DNA from: an uncultured Thermodesulfobacteriaceae bacterium
GTDB taxonomy: Bacteria > Desulfobacterota > Dissulfuribacteria > Dissulfuribacterales > UBA3076
Assembly: GCA_964646435.1 (NCBI GenBank)
Contig: CAZYEJ010000007.1
Span: forward strand, 1 to 57,630
Direction of reading: 5' to 3'
DNA length: 57,630 nucleotides
Within the stretch, counting starts at the first letter, position 1. The number at the start of each line of letters is the position of its first letter. The notes under the pieces are model-generated. The model did no database searches. It was not told the DNA's origin and was given only the letters and a program-made list of their open reading frames with translations. This document shows positions 1-8,706 of the stretch, piece after piece. A program made the translations under genes and the position numbers.

Positions 1-1
1 C

Positions 2-619
2 CAACATGAGTCGGAACTGGAGCTGGCGCGGCTGGGTTGTGCGCATCTGGCTGGTTGCAAGGCGCCCAGCATACTCATCGGAGGCTTAGGTATGGGCTAT
101 ACCCTGCGCCAAGCTCTCGACATACTCAGCCCCCACGCCCAAGTGGTGGTGGGTGAACTATTGGGTGCTGTAGTCGAATGGAATCGTGAGTTCCTTGGAG
201 AACTCAACGGCCAGCCGCTGGGGGACGAACGAGTTGACCTCAAGACAGGCGATGTCGTCGAGCTTATCTCACGTTCCAAGAGCAGATTCGATGCGATCCT
301 GCTGGATATCGATAATGGCCCCGCCGTGATGACAGATTCAGGAAACCGCCGTCTGTACGGTCGTGAAGGAATTCGAGCCTGTAGTTGCGCGTTGCGCGAA
401 CAGGGGTGTCTGGCTGTGTGGTCGGCTGAGCCGAGTAAGAAATTCGAGCAGCTCTTGATGAGTTGCAGCTTCCACGTGCGCCGTTTCCGGGTTTCCGCCT
501 ACAAGGGCAGTAAATCGCGGTCACGTTTTGTATGGGTCGCTTCGGAGGACAAGATGATCCTCCCCTGCGGTGGCAGCAAACCGCGCCTGCCGCTCAAGAA
601 CGAGTTGAAGGGAAAATAG
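2..619 (+). CDS. Spermidine synthase-like SAM-dependent methyltransferase (5' end outside window)
   Basis: Frame is open from base 2: QHESELELARLG...ILIGGLGMGYTL (SAM-binding GxGxG), VVVGEL, FDAILLDIDNGP, LAVWS. Confidence 0.8.
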   Translation, partial: QHESELELARLGCAHLAGCKAPSILIGGLGMGYTLRQALDILSPHAQVVVGELLGAVVEWNREFLGELNGQPLGDERVDLKTGDVVELISRSKSRFDAILLDIDNGPAVMTDSGNRRLYGREGIRACSCALREQGCLAVWSAEPSKKFEQLLMSCSFHVRRFRVSAYKGSKSRSRFVWVASEDKMILPCGGSKPRLPLKNELKGK

Positions 620-1288
620 GGTTGACTCAACGGCCACAATGGACATGGAACCGAATTAGCAAAGTTGGTCAAGGATCATTTTCAGGTCATTTGGCAGCTT
701 TTTCCTGACGAGGATCCTTTCGTTGTCATCAATGACACAGAGGAAACAATCTCATATATATCGAACAGAATGTTATATACATGTTAAACACCGATTTTCA
801 CAGAGGTAAAAATAGTCAAAATAACCACCAAAACTGTCAAAATTATAGACATATATACTGATGAAATATCAGGTAGTTATACTTTTTATAACATGGCATT
901 GTCTATCAATAATAGGGTCTTAATATGACAATTAAGTTTTGTGATTACTCATGTAAAAAAGTAAATAGCAATGATTATCTGTTTCAAATTAAACATAAAA
1001 ATAGCATATTCCTGAATAAATAGATAAAAATAGCATATTTATAATCGTCATAAATATATTTTATTCGTCAAAGTTAAACCCTGAAGATGCCTTACAGAAT
1101 TTGGACAAAAAGTATAAAAAGTCAATAATTAAAGGTAAATACAAACATCCAACAATAGAATTGTCTTGATATGTTATAAAATTTTAGGGGTAAACTATGT
1201 CGGTTAGGGTATCTGTAAAAATCGGTGTTAAATAAAGGGTAACCGTTCACGGGGTTACAACGCCAGTTTTACCGCAACCCACCGAACT

Positions 1289-1398
1289 GTAAGCTTTTAC
1301 AGGGTGCTGCAGATGCGAGGCGTACGGGTACGCAGACGTACTTCCTGTACTTCAAGTACCCGACAACAAAGCAGATGCGGTGTCCTGTGAACGCTTAC
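1289..1398. mobile_element. 110-bp MITE-like inverted-repeat element, family A
   Basis: Ends GTAAGCTTTTACAGG / CCTGTGAACGCTTAC; near-identical 110-bp copy at 44018-44127. Confidence 0.85.
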
Positions 1399-1557
1399 AA
1401 TAAAGGTGATATCAGAAAGGCTATGGTCTTGGCAAGTAAGTTGTGTCAATTCGCCCAAGTTTCTGGCAGGAATGGAGAGTAATCGTGGATCTGGAAAAAA
1501 TATTCCTGGTTTCTCAGTAGATTACCAGGGCGACCAATATCCCCCTTATCAGCCAGA

Positions 1558-2088
1558 TTATTCGGGCACCTCAGGTGTGGCTACCGCCACGATTTCCTTA
1601 AGCAGGTCTTCTTTTAAAAGAATTCCTACGACAGCTTCCCCTTCCACAACCGGGAGCCAATCGATCTTGTGAGAAGTTATGAGATGGACAGCTTCCATGA
1701 GGGTACCATCTTGATGAATGACATGCATAACCGGCGACATGATTTCGCTGCCGGGCCTTTCAAGTATAGCCTCACACTCTTCTAAAAACTGACCCTGCCA
1801 GAAGATAGGAAGTTCTTCGATGGCCTTTGTAGAAGACTCCATATGAGCAAGGATATCATCAATAGAGAGCATTCCCAGAATCTCTTTCTCGTCTGCCACC
1901 TCGTTAACCACCAGCAAGGACGAAGGACACCTACCTTTTTGTTTTTCATTCAGCACTTTGACCGCTTCTGCCACCTTTGTCTGCGGCGATATACGTTCAA
2001 GTGCCAACACATCAAGCATCAGATCTTTAATTCGTTTTTCAGGCATTCTATCCAGACTCTTTAAGTAAAAGGTTGAAGATTGAAGCAT
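1558..2088 (-). CDS. CBS-domain pair protein
   Basis: Two CBS repeats (IKDLM...LLVV...ILGMLSIDDIL; EIMSP...LPVVEGEAVVGILLKEDLL); alternative start at 2046. Confidence 0.85.
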   Translation of the reverse strand: MLQSSTFYLKSLDRMPEKRIKDLMLDVLALERISPQTKVAEAVKVLNEKQKGRCPSSLLVVNEVADEKEILGMLSIDDILAHMESSTKAIEELPIFWQGQFLEECEAILERPGSEIMSPVMHVIHQDGTLMEAVHLITSHKIDWLPVVEGEAVVGILLKEDLLKEIVAVATPEVPE

Positions 2089-2161
2089 GTTAGCTTATCA
2101 CCTTCAGCCTTTTACCTTCTACCTATTCTAGCTACGTTCCTCAAGTTGACTTCTTAATTTG

Positions 2162-2177
2162 AGCAAGCGATGTGCCA
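2162..2177 (-). promoter_or_regulatory. sigma54 (-24/-12) promoter of the CBS gene
   Basis: Minus strand TGGCACATCGCTTGCT, GG-N10-GC spacing. Confidence 0.8.
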
Positions 2178-2266
2178 AATTCTTGGGTATTCACTGTTAT
2201 TTGCTAACATATTGATTTTTAAACACTTATGTACTATCTGCAGAAAACTTGAGCCATTTATGAAAC

Positions 2267-2320
2267 GGCATATTTATGCCGCATAATTCGAGCCAACATA
2301 GGTTTTGACATTTTTTTGCC
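2267..2320. promoter_or_regulatory. Paired palindromic enhancer (UAS) sites GGCA-N6-TGCC
   Basis: GGCATATTTATGCC (2267) and GACATTTTTTTGCC (2307), 40 bp apart and about 90 bp upstream of the sigma54 site; mirrored at 5717/5756. Confidence 0.65.
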
Positions 2321-2422
2321 CATCTGCTACTAATCTGAATTTAAAGAAAGCAGGCTAATTACTTTGTAAGGGCCTTGTATGGGCTTGGGCAATCGGCAGT
2401 TGGGCAACGAGAGAAGGCGAAG

Positions 2423-3490
2423 ATGATTTCTCATAAAATTGCGTTACACGGTCAAATCGAGCCGGATCTATTCCCGGAGTTTATCGTAGTAAGCGAGCAC
2501 ATGCGTTCGGTGATCAGGACCGTGCAACAGATTGCCAGATTTGACGCCAATGTTTTAATTTCCGGGGAGTCCGGAACTGGTAAGGAGCTTGTGGCCCGCA
2601 TCATTCATCAAAAAAGCGACCGGAGGGATAAACCTATTGTGCCGGTGAACTGCGGTACCCTTTCCGGTGAACTGTTTGAAAGTAAACTATTCGGCCATGA
2701 AAAGGGGGCCTTTACAGGTGCTGTTAGGCAAACCAAGGGGAGATTTGAGCAGGCCGATAACGGGACTCTCTTTTTAGATGAAGTCTCGGAGATTTCACCA
2801 TCTAATCAGGTAAACTTTCTGAGGGTACTGGAAGATGGCTGCTTCTGTCGAATCGGAGGAGAGATACCCATCAGGGTGAACGTTCGTATTGTTGCAGCGA
2901 CCAATAAGGATCTGACAACAGAAGTAAAGACAGGGCATTTTAGAAAGGATCTCTACTACCGCCTAAAGGTGATCCCCATTAACCTTTTTCCTTTAAGGAA
3001 ACGGAAGGAAGCAATTCCTCATTTGGTGAATAATTTCCTGGAAAGATTTGCCAAATTATATAAAAAATCCAGGGTATCCGTTTCCTCTGAGACTATGGAA
3101 TACTTGATATCGTATGATTGGCCGGGGAATATTAGACACCTTAAGAACATAATGGAAAGAATGTTTCTGATGGCCCAAGGACCGATAATCAATGTGAACG
3201 ATTTTCCAGAGGATATTATGGACGTAGTGTCCTTTGATCCTGGAGAGAATCCAGGGCAAGAGACCCACAATCAAAGCGCATCATCTTTCGATTTTGCAGC
3301 CTATGGTCCTATTGAACCATTGCGAAAGGCACGTCAACGGCTGGAGAAAACCATCATTCTGAGGGCCTTAGAGATGACGAAAGGACAGAGGGCCAGGGCC
3401 GCTGAACTTCTGGAGATTAAACCCCGCACCCTTCGCCAAAAGATGAGCGATTATGGTATTGAGTTCCGGAGGACGGGAAAAAGAGGATGA
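2423..3490 (+). CDS. sigma54-dependent enhancer-binding protein (AAA+ and Fis HTH) lacking an N-terminal regulatory domain
   Basis: Walker A GESGTGKE, GAFTGA, Walker B LFLDEV, FRKDLYYRL, WPGNIR, C-terminal HTH; ATG at 2423 has an RBS (track start 2375). Confidence 0.92.
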   Translation: MISHKIALHGQIEPDLFPEFIVVSEHMRSVIRTVQQIARFDANVLISGESGTGKELVARIIHQKSDRRDKPIVPVNCGTLSGELFESKLFGHEKGAFTGAVRQTKGRFEQADNGTLFLDEVSEISPSNQVNFLRVLEDGCFCRIGGEIPIRVNVRIVAATNKDLTTEVKTGHFRKDLYYRLKVIPINLFPLRKRKEAIPHLVNNFLERFAKLYKKSRVSVSSETMEYLISYDWPGNIRHLKNIMERMFLMAQGPIINVNDFPEDIMDVVSFDPGENPGQETHNQSASSFDFAAYGPIEPLRKARQRLEKTIILRALEMTKGQRARAAELLEIKPRTLRQKMSDYGIEFRRTGKRG

Positions 3491-3894
3491 AACCCAGGCT
3501 CTTGCTAGTTGATGATGAAGAAATGTTTCTGGAATTTCTCTCCAGGCGCTTGATAAGTTACCAGTATGATGTAACAACTTGCTTAAGTGGTGAAAACGCC
3601 CTTGAAATGATTATGGATCACGATTTTGATGTGGTTATACTGGATGTGCTTATGCCTGGTATGGACGGAATCGAGACCCTGAGGGAAATAAAGAAGATAA
3701 AGCCACTTACCGAGGTGATCATGCTAACTGGCCATGCATTCCGGGAATCGGGCATAGAAGGAATGAGGCTTGGTGCCTATAGTTATTTGAGCAAACCCTG
3801 CAATACTGAAGACCTGATCGCAAAAATCAACAAGGCCTATGATAGAAAGGCCGAACATGAAAAACGCATCAACATGGCAAGCCGGCATCCATGA
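3487..3894 (+). CDS. Stand-alone response regulator receiver protein
   Basis: LLLVDDE, VVILDVLMPGMDG, MLTGH, SKP; overlaps the activator stop (ATGA). Confidence 0.9.
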   Translation: MKPRLLLVDDEEMFLEFLSRRLISYQYDVTTCLSGENALEMIMDHDFDVVILDVLMPGMDGIETLREIKKIKPLTEVIMLTGHAFRESGIEGMRLGAYSYLSKPCNTEDLIAKINKAYDRKAEHEKRINMASRHP

Positions 3895-4068
3895 GGACAT
3901 TAATGCCTATCCTGTGACCTGCGCGCGAATGGGGGGGGCGTCGGCCCCTGGAATTCCCTTGACAAGGCCCTGAGAAAATACTAAAAAAATTTTAGTTAAG
4001 GTTTTCGAATAGATATATGTTTTGACCGAATGTAACTAGGACTTGCAATTGATTTCAAGGAGCAATCT

Positions 4069-4572
4069 ATGAATGATCAATCAACCATTCGAGTTATTCG
4101 AGTTTTACTGGTAGACGATGAGGCGACTTTGCTCGAATACCTATCCAAGCGCCTTCTTAGACAGGGCCATACAGTGAAGGCCACTTTCTCCGGCGAAGAG
4201 GCTATTGAGGTGGCAAAACAAGAAAATTTTGATGTGGCGGTTGTCGACTTGAAGATGCCGGGGATAGACGGGGTGGAGACGCAAAAAAGACTGAGAGAAA
4301 TCCAACCATTCCTGCAATGCATCGTATTGACCGGCCACGGTTCCATAGAAAGCGCCCTGGAAAGCGGCTACGAGGAAGCCTTTCGGTATTTGCTTAAGCC
4401 CGTTGACTATGAAAATCTTGTGACTGTCATTAAAGAAGCCTACGAGAAAAAAATAAAGTTACAGGAAGCGAAATTCCAAGAGGAACTGGAAAAGCTTCAC
4501 CACCATGGGATGGGGGCACGCGGGATGAGAAATGCCATTGCTGAATTGCGCAAGATCTATGGATTCGAATAG
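4069..4572 (+). CDS. Response regulator receiver protein with short C-terminal helix
   Basis: VLLVDDE, AVVDLKMPGIDG, LTGHGS, LKP; AGGAG RBS. Confidence 0.9.
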   Translation: MNDQSTIRVIRVLLVDDEATLLEYLSKRLLRQGHTVKATFSGEEAIEVAKQENFDVAVVDLKMPGIDGVETQKRLREIQPFLQCIVLTGHGSIESALESGYEEAFRYLLKPVDYENLVTVIKEAYEKKIKLQEAKFQEELEKLHHHGMGARGMRNAIAELRKIYGFE

Positions 4573-5713
4573 CTCTCTGGAGACCGAGCTGAAAAAGGCC
4601 AGGCAGGAACTGGCCGGTTATAAGATAGAGTTACATCAGACCAGGGGCTATCTTCAGTGTATTCTGCAGAATTCCGAGGATATGATCTTTGCTACAGAAG
4701 TTGGCGGAATACTGATTTCCTTTAGCAAGGGCGGTGAAAAGGTGCTTGGTTACTCTTTTGCAGAATTAATAGGTACCTACATAAAGGATTTGGCCGAAGA
4801 CCCTGTATCATTTGAGCGGTTCTTTACCTCCTCCCAGGATGAAGGCCCGACAGTGCAATTGGACATTCCCTTCCGTCACAAGGAAGGAGGAATAGTCCAT
4901 TGCAATGTTTCTCTAATAAACCTGATGAACAGGGAAAGCCAAAGAGTAGGCACGGTCGGGGTCTGCAGGGACATTACCCTGTGGAAAAAGATACAGGAAG
5001 ACCTGGTCCGAATCGACAGACTGGCGGAAATCGGAAGGATAGCAGCAGGGGTCGCCCACGAGATCAACAATCCTCTGGCGATTATTAGCGAGGCTTCGGG
5101 ATGGGCTGGCGTGGTAATCAGCGATGCTAAGGGCCTAAGTCCCGAGGACCGGGAAGAACTGGAAAAGGCCACCAAAGAGATCAGCCACCAGACCAAGCGA
5201 TGTAGCAGCATAACTCATGAATTACTGGACTTCGCCCGTGGTTCAACCCCGGCATTAATCGAATTTGATATCCATGATGTGCTCAGAGACAGCATTAGTT
5301 TTCTCAAACCCGAACTCAAACACACACCCATAGAAATCGATACTCAGTTTATGTCTGGTCCCCTACTTATGAAATCTGATCCAAAGTTGTTGGAGCAGGT
5401 CTTTGTAAATTTTATTACCAATGCCATTCATGCTATCCGAAGTAAGGGGGAAGACAAAGGATATATCCAGATAAAAACCCTTTCAACAAACTCGGATGTG
5501 GAGATAGGTTTTGAAGACAATGGTACCGGGATCACGGAGGAAGACCAGAAAAAGATCTTTCAACTGTTTTTTACCACCAAAGCTCCGGGCAAGGGGACAG
5601 GCCTTGGCCTCTCAATCAGCCAGAATATCGTCAAGAAGTTAGGCGGAACTATCACTCTTGACAGCAAGGTTGGAGTCGGTACCAACTTTACAGTGCGACT
5701 TCCACTCTCCTAG
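4559..5713 (+). CDS. Cytoplasmic PAS-domain sensor histidine kinase (NtrB-like)
   Basis: PAS/PAC, H-box AHEINNPL, N-box QVFVNFITNA, DNGTG, FFTTK, GTGLGL; probable start 4559 (track start 4532). Confidence 0.9.
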   Translation: MDSNSSLETELKKARQELAGYKIELHQTRGYLQCILQNSEDMIFATEVGGILISFSKGGEKVLGYSFAELIGTYIKDLAEDPVSFERFFTSSQDEGPTVQLDIPFRHKEGGIVHCNVSLINLMNRESQRVGTVGVCRDITLWKKIQEDLVRIDRLAEIGRIAAGVAHEINNPLAIISEASGWAGVVISDAKGLSPEDREELEKATKEISHQTKRCSSITHELLDFARGSTPALIEFDIHDVLRDSISFLKPELKHTPIEIDTQFMSGPLLMKSDPKLLEQVFVNFITNAIHAIRSKGEDKGYIQIKTLSTNSDVEIGFEDNGTGITEEDQKKIFQLFFTTKAPGKGTGLGLSISQNIVKKLGGTITLDSKVGVGTNFTVRLPLS

Positions 5714-5716
5714 GTT

Positions 5717-5769
5717 GGCAAAAAAATGCCTAAATAATCATTTCCTTATTTATGCGGCATTATTTTGCC
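5717..5769. promoter_or_regulatory. Paired palindromic enhancer (UAS) sites GGCA-N6-TGCC upstream of the mrp operon
   Basis: GGCAAAAAAATGCC (5717) and GGCATTATTTTGCC (5756), 39 bp apart and about 100 bp upstream of the sigma54 site. Confidence 0.65.
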
Positions 5770-5870
5770 ACTTTCCAACAATGCCAAATCTATTTCCGTC
5801 TTAAAACAAGTTAGAATAAAATTTGTAAAATCAGTGTGTTAAATAGCAATACGGCAATCTAATGAGGGAC

Positions 5871-5886
5871 TGGCACATCTATTGCT
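5871..5886 (+). promoter_or_regulatory. sigma54 (-24/-12) promoter of the mrp operon
   Basis: TGGCACATCTATTGCT, consensus GG-N10-GC. Confidence 0.85.
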
Positions 5887-5957
5887 GTTAAACAATCAAC
5901 TCGTCTCGTCCGTTTCCCAAATTTGCAAACCGATCAAAAATAGGGGAGGGGCACCTG

Positions 5958-6533
5958 TTGGATAAGCAAGAGAAAGAAGGGCTGGGAAGCAAACACAATA
6001 CCAGCAAAGTAGAAAATTCGGATCAAGGTCCAGTGCGCCGAAAGAATTTAGCCCCTTATGTGGTCACATTCTTTATCATGTTCGGCGTCTGGGTCGTCCT
6101 TTCAGGCAAGTTTGATCCCTTTCATCTCAGCCTCGGGGTCATCTCCTGCGCCATCGTGGCTTACCTTTCGGCCGACCTATTGCGTCCCTCTATGAGAGGC
6201 CTTTTAATTATGTTGGTCCGATGGGTCCCATATCTCCCATGGCTGATGAAGGAGATCATCAAAGCAAACCTACATGTTACATATCTCGTCTTCCATCCAA
6301 GGATGATGGACCTGATCGACCCCAGAATTATCAAATTTCGAAGCAAGCTGGAGGGCGACCTAGCCCTGGTCACCTTTGCCAATTCAATCACTCTCACTCC
6401 CGGCACTATTACGGTCAATGTATCACCCGATGGCGATTTTAAGGTTCATGCCATTGACAAGGCGTCTGGTGAGCCCTTGCCAGGCGAGATGGAGGCCAGG
6501 GTTGCCAAGTTATTTGGGGAATTTGATGGATAA
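5958..6533 (+). CDS. mnhE: Na+/H+ antiporter subunit E (Mrp/Mnh)
   Basis: ANSITLTPGT signature; WLMKEIIKANLHV. Confidence 0.9.
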   Translation: MDKQEKEGLGSKHNTSKVENSDQGPVRRKNLAPYVVTFFIMFGVWVVLSGKFDPFHLSLGVISCAIVAYLSADLLRPSMRGLLIMLVRWVPYLPWLMKEIIKANLHVTYLVFHPRMMDLIDPRIIKFRSKLEGDLALVTFANSITLTPGTITVNVSPDGDFKVHAIDKASGEPLPGEMEARVAKLFGEFDG

Positions 6534-6813
6534 CATCTTTTCATATTCGAGTCTTTATCTGGCCTTTCTGATGGCCCTTTCTTTAGTCCGGGCCGTGATT
6601 GGGCCAACAGTCCTGGACCGGATGATTGGCGTCAATGCTATTGGGAGCAAGACTGTCGTATTACTTATTATGATCGGTTTTCTTTATCATCGGGTGGATA
6701 TGTTCGTGGACATTGCACTAGCCTATGCCATGCTGAACTTTATCGCAGTACTGGCGGCTTCAAGATACTTTCAAAAGCGTAAAGGATTGTACGACGAAGC
6801 ACTGTATCGATAA
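6526..6813 (+). CDS. mnhF: Na+/H+ antiporter subunit F
   Basis: GPTVLDR...DIALAYAMLNF; start re-called at ATG 6526, overlapping the mnhE stop. Confidence 0.88.
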   Translation: MDNIFSYSSLYLAFLMALSLVRAVIGPTVLDRMIGVNAIGSKTVVLLIMIGFLYHRVDMFVDIALAYAMLNFIAVLAASRYFQKRKGLYDEALYR

Positions 6814-6901
6814 AGACTACTCAAGGATTCTCGCAGCAAGGACAGGCAGTATGCCAATACCTTTGACAGGGGTTCACGAGGAAGCCGAGAGGTTTTGACA
6901 A

Positions 6902-7234
6902 ATGGACATCATGGATATCATTGTATGCGTGCTATTGTTCTCCGGACTGTTTTTCCTTACAGGGGGGGCGGTTGGGATTCTGCGTTTTCCTGATTTTTAT
7001 TCCAGGCTTCACCCCGCAGGTAAACTCGATACCCTTGGCTCTCTTCTGTCCATGACCGCCTTTGCCCTTTTTAACCTCCATCATTTTTCCCTGGGCGCCT
7101 TGCTGACCAGCCTGAAGATTCTTCTTATCGTTGTATTTATTTTTCTGGCCAGCCCCACAGCAACCCATGGTATTGTTGACGCCGGTGTCAGGGCCGGTCT
7201 GGCCCCCTGGACCAAGGGAGAGAAAAGGAGGTAA
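6902..7234 (+). CDS. mnhG: Na+/H+ antiporter subunit G
   Basis: GILRFPDFYSRLHPAGKLDTLG, PTATH. Confidence 0.92.
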   Translation: MDIMDIIVCVLLFSGLFFLTGGAVGILRFPDFYSRLHPAGKLDTLGSLLSMTAFALFNLHHFSLGALLTSLKILLIVVFIFLASPTATHGIVDAGVRAGLAPWTKGEKRR

Positions 7235-7237
7235 CCT

Positions 7238-7483
7238 ATGATCTGGCCGATAGATCTGGCAATTCTTACCCTGGTCGTTATCGCTAGCATCGGTGCCCTC
7301 ATGGTCAAGGATTTGCTTGGCGCCGCCATCCTGTTTGGGGCTTACAGCTTCATGATGTGTCTGCTCTGGTCCATTATGGGAGCAGTAGATGTGGCCTTTA
7401 CTGAGGCTTCGGTCGGAGCAGGTGTCAGTACGGTCTTTTTTGTTGCCGCTGTATTCCGTACATCAAGGAGGACAAAAGATTGA
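7238..7483 (+). CDS. DUF4040-type Mrp subunit (detached part of the MrpA C-terminus)
   Basis: KDLLGAAIL...GAVDVAFTEASVGAGVSTV. Confidence 0.85.
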   Translation: MIWPIDLAILTLVVIASIGALMVKDLLGAAILFGAYSFMMCLLWSIMGAVDVAFTEASVGAGVSTVFFVAAVFRTSRRTKD

Positions 7484-8307
7484 GGATCATCGGGCTCATC
7501 ATAGTAGTCGTGACAGGTGCACTGCTTATTTACGCCGCGACTGATTTTCCAGCGTGGTCAGACCCGGCCTCTCCGGCCAGCACGTATCTTTCTCCTTACT
7601 ATATTGAAAAGACCATGGAAGAGACATCGGTACCCAACATCGTCACCGCTGTCCTCGCGGACTATCGTGGTTTTGACACCATGTTTGAAACCACCGTGAT
7701 CTTTTCAGCCGGCGTCGTATGTTTTTTTCTCCTGCGCATCCCTCGCCGAGAAGAGCCTGAGATAAGGTATTACCGGCATGTCCTCACCGGCGTGACCATC
7801 CAGCTCAAAGAGGGATACAAGATACCGCCGTCCGCTGATTTTGAACGGATTGACGCCGTCTGGACACCTCCTGACCTGATTATCAAGACGGGGTGTCGAA
7901 TATTGATTCCCTTTATTCAGCTTTTTGCCCTGTATGTAATCGCCCATGGACATCACAGCCCTGGCGGCGGATTCCAGGGAGGTGTTATCCTGGGGGCAAG
8001 CATTATCCTGCTTGCCATTTCCCACGATCTGAGAACTGCTGTCAGACGAATGAGCGAGAAACTTATAGCCATCCTCTGTGCTGTCGGCGTCTCGATCTAT
8101 GCCGGCACCGGTGCCCTCTGTCTATTGTTAAAGCAAAATTTCCTGGACTACAGCGCTCTTGCGGGGGTACTTCATGTCGACCCGATTACCGCGCGATCCC
8201 ACGGTATTCTTATGGTGGAAATCGGCGTAGGGATTGCTGTCATGGCCACCATGATCTGGATCTATAACAATATCTCATCTGCAGGCAGATACAGACAGGG
8301 GCTTTAG
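7480..8307 (+). CDS. mnhB: Na+/H+ antiporter subunit B (MbhE-like + MnhB fusion)
   Basis: PNIVTAVLADYRGFDTMFE and GHHSPGGGFQGG motifs; TTG start. Confidence 0.88.
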   Translation: MRIIGLIIVVVTGALLIYAATDFPAWSDPASPASTYLSPYYIEKTMEETSVPNIVTAVLADYRGFDTMFETTVIFSAGVVCFFLLRIPRREEPEIRYYRHVLTGVTIQLKEGYKIPPSADFERIDAVWTPPDLIIKTGCRILIPFIQLFALYVIAHGHHSPGGGFQGGVILGASIILLAISHDLRTAVRRMSEKLIAILCAVGVSIYAGTGALCLLLKQNFLDYSALAGVLHVDPITARSHGILMVEIGVGIAVMATMIWIYNNISSAGRYRQGL

Positions 8308-8310
8308 GAT

Positions 8311-8706
8311 ATGACCGATCTGATTTCAACGGTTGTTGCCAAATATAATTACTGGATTTACATCACCTTGATGATGATCGGGCTATACGCCATGATCGCC
8401 AAGAACAATCTCGTAAAAAAGATCGTTGGTATGAATATCTTTCAGACCGCCATCATCTTGTTTTACGTGTCCATAGGCGTCAAGAAAGGGGGCACGATTC
8501 CAATCTTAGAGCATGCCCACGGCCACGAACACCACGTCGTGCATGCCGTGGACTATATTAATCCATTGCCTCATGTGTTGATGCTGACCGCCATTGTGGT
8601 GGGCGTGGCCACCCTTGGGGTGGCCCTGGCTTTGGCCATAAGGATCTATAATAACTACAACACCCTGGAAGAAGATGAAATCCTAACGCAGGTAAGGGAA
8701 AAATGA
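8311..8706 (+). CDS. mnhC: Na+/H+ antiporter subunit C
   Basis: NLVKKIVGMNI, NPLPHVLMLTAIVV. Confidence 0.92.
   Translation: MTDLISTVVAKYNYWIYITLMMIGLYAMIAKNNLVKKIVGMNIFQTAIILFYVSIGVKKGGTIPILEHAHGHEHHVVHAVDYINPLPHVLMLTAIVVGVATLGVALALAIRIYNNYNTLEEDEILTQVREK

Noticed and set aside
633-788. Short open frame (GHGTELAKLVKDHFQVIWQLFPDEDPF...)
   Set aside because: No convincing start or family motif; could be a gene remnant but I cannot support it
1406-1672. 88-aa plus-strand ORF
   Set aside because: Overlaps the CBS gene antisense and has no recognisable motif or RBS
2066-2135. Heptamer-like tandem tracts (also about 29018-29046 and 43090-43151)
   Set aside because: Short degenerate low-complexity hairpins; no function can be supported
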